Under the pieces are notes generated by a model, which did no database searches, had not been told where the DNA came from, and saw only the letters and a program-made list of their open reading frames with translations. The translations under genes and the position numbers were made by a program. Below are positions 38,583-46,217 of a stretch of 64,000 bases of DNA, piece by piece. Position 1 is the first letter of the stretch. Every line of letters starts with the position of its first letter. Location of the stretch: sequence record SRR2962707_2693. One strand, written 5' to 3'.

Positions 38583-38623
38583 CGCCGGCCCCTCCAATGT
38601 TGGCGGCTGGGAAGGTTTTGCAT
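38579..38623 (-). CDS. Candidate 14-aa leader peptide MQNLPSRQHWRGRR
   Basis: AAGGAG RBS 7 nt before ATG; TGA overlaps the amidase GTG (GTGA). Confidence 0.4.
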   Translation of the reverse strand: MQNLPSRQHWRGRR

Positions 38624-38665
38624 TGGTGTGCTCCTTGAGAACCTTGGGACGTCCAAAGCAGACGG

Positions 38666-38681
38666 AGCAGTGTTCGTGCCA
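38666..38681 (-). promoter_or_regulatory. Sigma54 promoter of amidase operon
   Basis: Minus strand TGGCAC-GAACA-CTGCT; TGTATACA at 38761-38768 upstream. Confidence 0.65.
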
Positions 38682-38960
38682 ACCTTCGGTGCTGGAAAAA
38701 TGCGGATTTGCGAGGCAGTGGGGAGAAGTGGGGCCCCGTAAAGGGGCAGAGGGGCGTGGATGTATACAGAAATGGGGCAGGCGGGCCCGGTGTGGGCCTT
38801 TTGCTTCCATCGTGGACAGCGAAGCAGCGTTACATTTTTGCGGGAACGCCGTGAATACATCCCCGTACAGATCCGCGTCTCTGATGGAGGCACCCCAAAC
38901 CGTGATGATCAAAAAAGGGCGCCTGGCGGCGCCCGAGAGGGTTACAAAAAGGGATGGCGT

Positions 38961-40553
38961 TCAGAGCGTCGCGACGATGCCGTCGCTGCGCGGGTCGGCG
39001 GCGCCTTCAAGCAGGCCGTTGGGATGACGCACCACGGCGCCGGCGTGGCCCATGGTATCGCTGAAGTCCTCGCCCAACACTTCCACCTGATGGCCGGCGT
39101 CGCGCAGTTGCTGCACCAGGGCGGGGTCAAAACGCGCTTCCAGTTTCAGGCTGGTGCTTTGTTCCCCCCAGGTTCGACCGAGCAGCCAGCGTGGCGCGGT
39201 CACGGCTTGTTGCAAGGGCTGATTGAACAGGGCGTAACGGCTGAATACCGCCGCCTGGGTCTGGGGTTGGCCCTCGCCCCCCATGGTGCCGTACACCATG
39301 GTGCGGCCGTCGTCGAAGCGGGCCATGGCCGGGTTCAGGGTATGGAACGGTTTACGCCCTGGCTTCAGGGTATGCAGAGCGGCTTCATCCAGGGAGAAAC
39401 TGATGCCCCGGTTTTGCCACAGTACTCCGGTGCCGGGCAGCACGATGCCGGCACCAAATTCCCAGTAAATGCTCTGGATGAAACTGGCGCAGCGGCCTTC
39501 ACGGTCGATACAGCCCATCCAGATGGTGTCGCCGGGTTGCGCCGGGTATGGCCAGGGCAGCGCGCTCCGGCGGTCGATGCGTTGCACCCGCTCGGCCAGA
39601 TCCGATTGGCTGAGGAAACGGGCCGGATCCTCGCTCATATAGGCCGGGTCGGTGCAATACTGGTCGCGTACCAGGAATGCCTGTTTGGTGGCCTCCACCA
39701 GCCCGTGCAGGTGATCGAAACCTTCGCCGTCCGTTACCCCGAGCCGGTCGAACAGGCCGAGAATCATCAACGAGGCCATGCCCTGGGTGGGCGGAGGCTG
39801 GTTATATAGCGTGCTGCCCCGCAGGCGCACCGACAGCGGCGGTAACGTCCGCGCCTGATAGCCGGCCAGATCCTCGCGGGTGAGCGGACTGCCGGCCCGG
39901 GCCAGATCCTCGGCCATGGCGGTGGCCAGCTCGCCCCGGTAGAAATCCTCGGTGCCGGCCCGGCCGATACGTTCCAGGGTGGCGGCCAGTTGCGGCTGCC
40001 GCAGGATGGCGCCTTCCACCGGCACCTGGCCCTGGTCCAGGAAGGTGTCGGCGAAGCCGGGCACGGTGGCCAGCTCCGGCAGCTTCTGCCGGGTCAGTTG
40101 TTCCTGGCTGCGGGTCACCGCCACGCCGTCCCGGGCATGCCGTTGGCCGTCTTCCAGCAAGCGTGAGAGTGGCAGCTTGCCCCCCCATTGGCGCGCCACG
40201 TTCATGGCCTGACCCCAGCCGCCAACGGTGCCGGCCACGGTGAGCGCCGCCAACGGGCCGCGGGTGGGGATGCTGTCGTGGCCGCGTTCCCGGTAGTAGT
40301 CGACATCCGCGGCGGCGGCAGCGGTTCCGCAGGCTTCGATCGCCACCGGCTCCTCGCCGGGAGCGCCCAGGATCCAGAAACCGTCGCCGCCGATGGCGTT
40401 CATATGCGGGTACACCACGGCAATGGCCGCCGCCGCCGCCACCATGGCTTCGGCGGCGTTACCGCCTTCGCGGAGCACGTCCCGGCCAGCTTGGGCGGCC
40501 AGATGATGGGGTGCCACCATGACACCGCCGAGCGCGCGTTTGGTCGTCAACAT
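38961..40553 (-). CDS. Gamma-glutamyltransferase-family Ntn hydrolase, HpxW (oxamate amidohydrolase)-like
   Basis: PHMNAIGGDGF, GDT nucleophile site, QSIYWEFG, PFHTLNP, GTMGGEGQPQTQ motifs; HpxZ-like neighbour. Confidence 0.85.
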   Translation of the reverse strand: MLTTKRALGGVMVAPHHLAAQAGRDVLREGGNAAEAMVAAAAAIAVVYPHMNAIGGDGFWILGAPGEEPVAIEACGTAAAAADVDYYRERGHDSIPTRGPLAALTVAGTVGGWGQAMNVARQWGGKLPLSRLLEDGQRHARDGVAVTRSQEQLTRQKLPELATVPGFADTFLDQGQVPVEGAILRQPQLAATLERIGRAGTEDFYRGELATAMAEDLARAGSPLTREDLAGYQARTLPPLSVRLRGSTLYNQPPPTQGMASLMILGLFDRLGVTDGEGFDHLHGLVEATKQAFLVRDQYCTDPAYMSEDPARFLSQSDLAERVQRIDRRSALPWPYPAQPGDTIWMGCIDREGRCASFIQSIYWEFGAGIVLPGTGVLWQNRGISFSLDEAALHTLKPGRKPFHTLNPAMARFDDGRTMVYGTMGGEGQPQTQAAVFSRYALFNQPLQQAVTAPRWLLGRTWGEQSTSLKLEARFDPALVQQLRDAGHQVEVLGEDFSDTMGHAGAVVRHPNGLLEGAADPRSDGIVATL

Positions 40554-40577
40554 GTCGTGTTCTCCAAGCCGTGGCGG

Positions 40578-41417
40578 TTACAGCAAACCGTACAGCATGC
40601 GTAGTGAAGTCAGGAAAAGGAAAAAGGCGAAAACCTGCCGTAACCGATTGGCGTTCACCGCGTGGGCAATGCGCGCGCCGATTGGCGCCATCATCATGGT
40701 CATTGGCACGATCAGCGCCAGACCGGCCAGGTTGATGTAGCCGAGGCTCAGCGGCGGGCGATTGGGCACGCCAAGACCATTGATCAGAAAACCAATGGCG
40801 CCGGGCAGGCTGATCACCATGCCGATGGCGGCGGCGGTGCCCACCGCGCGGTGGATCGGATAACCGAAGGCGGTCAGCAGCGGTACGCTCAGCGTGCCGC
40901 CGCCAATCCCCATGAGAGTGGAGAAACCGCCCACCAGGGTGCCGATGATCTGCTTGAACGGGGTCGGCGGCAGGTCGTCGGTCAGCGCCAGGCCCTTGCC
41001 GCGGAACGCCATGTTGGCGGCCACCAGCAGAGCGACCACGGCGAAGATCGCGGTCAGAGTGGTGCCACGCAGATAGCCACTGATGGCGATGCCGATCAGT
41101 ACGCCCACCAACAAGGCAGGTCCCCAGGTACGTAGCAGGGAGACGTCCAGATTGCCCTTCTTGGCGTGGGCCCGGGACGACATGATCGAGGCCGGGATAA
41201 TGGTGGCCAGGGAGGTGCCCACCGCCACGTGCATTTTCACCGACTCGTCCACGCCCAGCAGCGTGAAAAGGTGGTACAGCACCGGCACCACCACGATGCC
41301 GCCGCCCACTCCCAACAGACCGGCCAGCAGGCCGGCGATGGTGCCGGTGGCCAGCAGGGCCACCACCAGCCCGGCCAGCCATCCGACACTGTGACCACTC
41401 AAAAGCTCCACGATCAT
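40578..41417 (-). CDS. TSUP (TauE/SafE family) membrane transporter
   Basis: Repeated GLLGVGGG...AVGTS and GIGGG...AVGT motifs. Confidence 0.9.
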   Translation of the reverse strand: MIVELLSGHSVGWLAGLVVALLATGTIAGLLAGLLGVGGGIVVVPVLYHLFTLLGVDESVKMHVAVGTSLATIIPASIMSSRAHAKKGNLDVSLLRTWGPALLVGVLIGIAISGYLRGTTLTAIFAVVALLVAANMAFRGKGLALTDDLPPTPFKQIIGTLVGGFSTLMGIGGGTLSVPLLTAFGYPIHRAVGTAAAIGMVISLPGAIGFLINGLGVPNRPPLSLGYINLAGLALIVPMTMMMAPIGARIAHAVNANRLRQVFAFFLFLTSLRMLYGLL

Positions 41418-41507
41418 CCCCAGACGATTTGATCTGCGCCGGCCGGGTCGCTTCCCGGGCGCGGCTCCGGATTTCCCCTAGAGGAAATTCTGGCTAGAAT
41501 GCCATTT

Positions 41508-41517
41508 TTGTATACAA
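41508..41517. promoter_or_regulatory. TTGTATACAA palindrome upstream of TSUP gene
   Basis: Perfect 10-bp palindrome, same core as the other boxes. Confidence 0.6.
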
Positions 41518-41585
41518 GAATAAAGCACTGATTTATAGGGTTTTTTAGGAGATTTATGGGCCATTTTGGGGCGAGCCGATAGGAT

Positions 41586-41602
41586 TGCACTAATTTGGTG
41601 CA
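41586..41602. promoter_or_regulatory. NtrC-like enhancer site
   Basis: TGCACTAATTTGGTGCA closely matches the TGCACCA-N3-TGGTGCA consensus. Confidence 0.65.
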
Positions 41603-41796
41603 ATGGCATCCAAGGTTTGGTTTCATGTGGCGGCTGCGATGCGCCTTTTTTGTGGCAAGAGAGCCGGGGTAGATTTCAGTTCAAAGTTTGTAACTTGTTG
41701 ACTTTTCTGGTTTTATTGGTCCTTTCGAAGCTGGTGAGTTGATTGGATGCTCGGTCCGGCATTCCAATACTTGTTATTGAGTATCCACTCTTTTGA

Positions 41797-42186
41797 ATGG
41801 GGTCATCCGTGTTTGCAGTAAAAGCCGCCCAGCATGTTTTGGCGGTCAAGGATCTTGAGAAGACTGAAAGCTACTTTCTCGACAAACTTGGGTTTTCCGT
41901 CCGGTTCCGTGTGGACGGTTGGTCGTTCGTGAGTCTTGGTGGTTTTCACGTGATGTTGGGGCACTGCCCGGACGAGCTTCCAGCCAGTGATACGCATGAG
42001 CACTCGTACTTCGCCTATGTAAACTGTGAGGGCATAAACGAGATTTACTGTGACTATCAGCTGCGTGGCGCCGAAATTTTCCAGGCAATATCCGACAAGC
42101 CCTGGGGTCTGCGTGAGTTCGGCGTGGCGACGCCCGAGGGGCATCGAATCATGTTCGGTGAAGACATTGATCCATCAGGGAACTGA
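41797..42186 (+). CDS. VOC/glyoxalase/bleomycin-resistance family protein
   Basis: LAVKDLEK...LGF, DKPWGLREF...PEGHRIMFG motifs. Confidence 0.85.
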   Translation: MGSSVFAVKAAQHVLAVKDLEKTESYFLDKLGFSVRFRVDGWSFVSLGGFHVMLGHCPDELPASDTHEHSYFAYVNCEGINEIYCDYQLRGAEIFQAISDKPWGLREFGVATPEGHRIMFGEDIDPSGN

Positions 42187-42338
42187 TAACCCGTCGCTCA
42201 AGTACGTTCTCTGCCTCGCGGCCGTCCAGCGGAACGCCCTGGTTGGAGGTAAACCTGGCCCTGACCCATCGCACCAAATCACGCTTTCGGCGCCCGGACA
42301 CTTGCCTTTGTGTGTGTCAACAATTCGTTATGGCTTAG

Positions 42339-43301
42339 TTAACGATTGGCCTGGCGCGGTTCGGCGCGGAAGTCGTAGGTGGCGTTGAGTCGTTGCGCCA
42401 GATAGTCGCTGCAGCTGACTGGCGGGTAGTGGGGCTCCTGGTCGGGGAACAGATCGCGAGGATCGACCATGGCGTCCGGGTCCGCTTCCATGAAAAACGC
42501 CACGGAGTAGCGCTCTGCTTCCGGTGTGCGTACCCGGTGAGGCGTGGACTGGTAGAGATCGTTGCTCCAGCGCATCAGGCAGTCGCCGATGTTGCAGACA
42601 AAGGCGCCGGGAAAACTGGGGGCATCAATCCACCGTCCATCCTTGGTGCGCACTTCCAGACCGGGGACGCCGTCGGTTTTCAACAGCGTGACGTTACCGT
42701 AGTCGGTGTGGGTGCCAGCGGCGCCGTCCGCCCTTTGCGGGTCGCCCTGGGCGGCCGGGTAGCGCAGCATGCGCAAGGTGGCGATAGGCTCGATCAGGCG
42801 GGACTCGAAGAAATCCTCCGCGGCGCCCATATCCAGTGCGAAGCCCCGGTGCAGGGTGCGGGCCACGTTCAGGCAGCGGTGGTAATAGTCCAGGGTCCGC
42901 TCACGCCAGCCGGGTAGATCCGGCCAGTAATTCACGCCGCAGAAGGGCTTGTTATTGAGCACGTCGGGGTGGTCCGCCGGCAGGTCATGGCCGATGTTGA
43001 ACGCTTCCTTGCTGTCGGTGCCGGAAACCGGATTGAGTTTTTCGTCCTGGATCGCCACGTAACCGCGATTATGCGGGGAGCGTTTGATGGAAAGCGCTTC
43101 CTTGCGGTCGGAGGGCAATGAGAAGAAAGCCGCAGCGTCCTCGAACAATGCCTCGAACACGGAGTCCGGAATCCCATGATCCACCAGGTAGAAAAAACCG
43201 ATATCCCGGCAGGCGCGACCCAGTTCGTTGGCCGTGGCCTGACGCTCCGCCGGTTGTTCGCTCAACAACCCCGCCATGGAAATGATCGGTAAGGATTCCA
43301 T
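42339..43301 (-). CDS. 2OG-Fe(II) oxygenase, isopenicillin N synthase family
   Basis: LPIIS, GFFYL, HTD...H, RYS motifs. Confidence 0.93.
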   Translation of the reverse strand: MESLPIISMAGLLSEQPAERQATANELGRACRDIGFFYLVDHGIPDSVFEALFEDAAAFFSLPSDRKEALSIKRSPHNRGYVAIQDEKLNPVSGTDSKEAFNIGHDLPADHPDVLNNKPFCGVNYWPDLPGWRERTLDYYHRCLNVARTLHRGFALDMGAAEDFFESRLIEPIATLRMLRYPAAQGDPQRADGAAGTHTDYGNVTLLKTDGVPGLEVRTKDGRWIDAPSFPGAFVCNIGDCLMRWSNDLYQSTPHRVRTPEAERYSVAFFMEADPDAMVDPRDLFPDQEPHYPPVSCSDYLAQRLNATYDFRAEPRQANR

Positions 43302-43422
43302 CGTTGTGTCCTTGATTCACCACTCGCCCGAAATCGGATTCTCGATCATGGTGGCCCGGCTTGCGTGGGGTCAACGGTTGCACCGGCAATTGGCGATGCC
43401 GATTTTCGCGCGGGGTGAGCGC

Positions 43423-44331
43423 CTATTTAGCGCGGCTGCTCTGGGGATGGGCATGCAGATACTGTTTGAGGAAATCCAGGAACAGGGTAACCCGTGGGGC
43501 CAGATGGCGGCCGTGCAGGTAAAGGGCATTCAAGGGCGCGGCGGCGGGAGCGTGGCGGGGTAATACCTGGATCAGACGGCCACAATGCAGATCCTCGCCC
43601 ACGTCCCAGATGGACTTCAATACGATGCCGGCGCCTTGCAGCGCCAGGGCATGGGCGGCCTCGCCGTCGTTGCAGCAGAAGGCGCTGGTGATGCGCACGG
43701 CGCTTTCACGTTGCCCGCGACCGAAATACCAGTCCGCTTGCGGTTGCTGTCCAATCAGGATGCAGTCGTGATCGACCAGGTCCGCCAGTTTGCGCGGGGC
43801 GCCCTTGCGTTGCAGATAGTCGGGGCTGGCGCACAGCACCCGGCGGTTGGGGGCCAGACGGCGCGCCACCATGCGCGAGTCCAATGGCTCGCCATAGCGG
43901 ATCGCCAGATCGAACCCGCCTTTGGCCAGGTCTTCCACCGTGTCGGTCAGGGCCAGTTGTACTCGCAGTTCCGGGTATTCGCGGGTGAAACGTGACAGTG
44001 CCGGTACCAGGTGGCGGCGCCCGAACCCGGTGGGGGCGGTCAGGTGCAGGGTGCCGGTGACGCTGCCATGGTGATGCAGCAGGGCCGCTTCCGCCTCGTC
44101 CACTTGGGACAGCAGGCGCAGGCAATGTTGATGAAGGATGTCGCCTTCCTCGGTGAGCGATAGCCGGCGGGTGGTCCGGTGCAGCAGCCGCGCATCCAAC
44201 TGCCGTTCCAGTTCTCCCAGACGTTTGCTCACTACCGCCAGGGACAGGCCCAGTTCGCGTGCGGCGGCGGAGAGGCTGCCCCGTGCCACGATGCGTTCGA
44301 AGATGCGCAGGTCGTTGATGTCCTTAAGCAT
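43423..44331 (-). CDS. LysR family transcriptional regulator
   Basis: GSLSAAARELG...VSKRL..LE...LLHRTTR HTH; divergent from SDR. Confidence 0.95.
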   Translation of the reverse strand: MLKDINDLRIFERIVARGSLSAAARELGLSLAVVSKRLGELERQLDARLLHRTTRRLSLTEEGDILHQHCLRLLSQVDEAEAALLHHHGSVTGTLHLTAPTGFGRRHLVPALSRFTREYPELRVQLALTDTVEDLAKGGFDLAIRYGEPLDSRMVARRLAPNRRVLCASPDYLQRKGAPRKLADLVDHDCILIGQQPQADWYFGRGQRESAVRITSAFCCNDGEAAHALALQGAGIVLKSIWDVGEDLHCGRLIQVLPRHAPAAAPLNALYLHGRHLAPRVTLFLDFLKQYLHAHPQSSRAK

Positions 44332-44456
44332 GATTATTCTCAACGATTTGGAAACAATCCTTATCCGATTACGGTGATTGTGCAACGTCTTTTGAATGCG
44401 CACATTATCTGTTCATGATGGTTTTCAGGTTTGAACCCGAAATCGGAAGGCTGAGT

Positions 44457-45251
44457 ATGAATATTGATTTATCCGGTAAGACCGCGCTGGTCACCGCTTC
44501 CACTGGCGGTATTGGTTATGCCATTGCTGTGGGGTTGGCGGCCTCCGGCGCGGAGGTGATTCTCAATGGCCGCGGTGATGAGTCGGTGGCCCGGGCCAGG
44601 GACAGGCTGGCCGCGGACGTGCCGGGCGTGAATTCACGCGGTGTGGCGGCGGATCTCGCTAATCTTTCCGGTTGCAAGGCGTTGCTGGCGGAAATTCCGG
44701 CGGTGGATATTCTGGTCAACAATGTCGGCATCTATGGTCCAAGGGATTTTTACGATACTGACGATGACACCTGGGATGATTACTGGGAAACCAATGTCAT
44801 GTCCGGTGTACGGCTTTCCCGGGCCTATCTGCCGGGAATGGTGGAGAAGAGCTGGGGCCGGGTGGTGTTCATTTCATCGGAGTCGGCCCGCAATATTCCC
44901 GCCGACATGATTCATTATGGCGTCTCCAAAACCGCGCAACTGGCCTTGTCGCGCGGCCTTGCCAAACATGTGGCCGGTAGCGGCGTCACCGTTAATGCGG
45001 TCTTGCCCGGGCCCACGCTTTCGGATGGCTTCCGCGCCATGATGCAGGATGAGATGGAACGCACCGGCAAGTCGGTGGAAACGCTGGGCCGGGAATTTGT
45101 TATGGCGGAGCGTCCGAGCTCGGTGATCCAGCGCCCCGCCAGTGTCGAGGAAGTGGCGAACATGGTGGTCTATGTCTGTTCCACCCAGGCTTCCGCCACC
45201 AGTGGTGCCGCGCTGCGCGTGGATGGCGGCGTGGTGGACGACATCTGCTGA
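44457..45251 (+). CDS. Short-chain dehydrogenase/reductase
   Basis: TASTGGIG, NNVG, YGVSK motifs. Confidence 0.93.
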   Translation: MNIDLSGKTALVTASTGGIGYAIAVGLAASGAEVILNGRGDESVARARDRLAADVPGVNSRGVAADLANLSGCKALLAEIPAVDILVNNVGIYGPRDFYDTDDDTWDDYWETNVMSGVRLSRAYLPGMVEKSWGRVVFISSESARNIPADMIHYGVSKTAQLALSRGLAKHVAGSGVTVNAVLPGPTLSDGFRAMMQDEMERTGKSVETLGREFVMAERPSSVIQRPASVEEVANMVVYVCSTQASATSGAALRVDGGVVDDIC

Positions 45252-45300
45252 CCCGGTTTTCGATACGAAGCGGTCGATATAAGGATAAGGAGGTGCTCTC

Positions 45301-46215
45301 ATGCTGTCCCGACGTACTCTGTTGAAAGCTGGCGCGGCTTCCGCCGCCGGCCTGGCGTTGTCGCCGCTTTGGGCGGCCAGCGAAAAGGACGCTGCCATGG
45401 CGATGCGGACCCTTCCTTCCAGCGGTGAAGCGATTCCGGTTATTGGCATGGGCTCGTCCGGCAGTTTCGAGGTGGGCACCTCTGATCAGGAGCGCGATCC
45501 CCTGCGTGAAGTGCTTCGGCGTTTTTTCGCCGGTGGCGGACGCTTGATCGATACCGCGCCCAGCTATGGTTCGGCGGAAACGGTGATCGGTGACTTGTTG
45601 AGCGAGCTGGGACTGCGGGAAAAAACGTTTCTGGCCACGAAGATTTCCAGCACTGGCAGAGAGGTTGGCAAAGCGCAGTTTGAAAACTCGCTGCGCCGCC
45701 TGAAAACCGACAAGGTGGAACTGCTGCAGGTGCACAACATGCAGGACTGGCAAACTCAGATGGCGCTGATCAACGACCTCAAGAAAGAAGGCAAGGTGCG
45801 TTACAGCGGCGTGACGCACTGGCTTGATAGCGGTCAGGATCAGTTGGCCGAGGTGGTGGAAGCCAGCAAGCCGGATTTCCTGCAGATCAACTATTCCGTG
45901 ATCTCCACCAAGGCGGAAGAGCGACTGTTTCCGCTGGCCCGGGATTTGGGCGTGGCGGTATTGATCAACCGGGCTTTCGATGATGGTCGCCTGTTCCGCC
46001 AGGTGGCGGATCGGCCGCTGCCGGAATGGGCGCCGGAAGCCGGGATCGACTCCTGGGCCCAAGCGTTCCTGAAGTTTTCCATCAGTCATCCGGCGGTGAC
46101 CGCGGTCATTCCCGCCACCGGAAAGCCCCATCGCCAGAGCGATAATCTGAAGGCGGGCTATGGGCCGATGTTGACCGAACAACAGCGCCGCGATTTGCGG
46201 GCCCTATTCTCCTGA
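45301..46215 (+). CDS. Aldo/keto reductase with twin-arginine signal peptide
   Basis: SRRTLLK Tat motif; IDTAPSYG, ATK, VH, GKVRYSG AKR motifs. Confidence 0.9.
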   Translation: MLSRRTLLKAGAASAAGLALSPLWAASEKDAAMAMRTLPSSGEAIPVIGMGSSGSFEVGTSDQERDPLREVLRRFFAGGGRLIDTAPSYGSAETVIGDLLSELGLREKTFLATKISSTGREVGKAQFENSLRRLKTDKVELLQVHNMQDWQTQMALINDLKKEGKVRYSGVTHWLDSGQDQLAEVVEASKPDFLQINYSVISTKAEERLFPLARDLGVAVLINRAFDDGRLFRQVADRPLPEWAPEAGIDSWAQAFLKFSISHPAVTAVIPATGKPHRQSDNLKAGYGPMLTEQQRRDLRALFS

Positions 46216-46217
46216 CC

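Noticed and set aside
37714-39809. Long overlapping ORFs of 322 and 349 aa
   Set aside because: Off-frame or antisense to the amidase and GGT-family genes; no recognisable features.
41489-41504. Possible sigma54 promoter for the TSUP gene (TGGCAT on the minus strand)
   Set aside because: No GC dinucleotide at the required -12 spacing.
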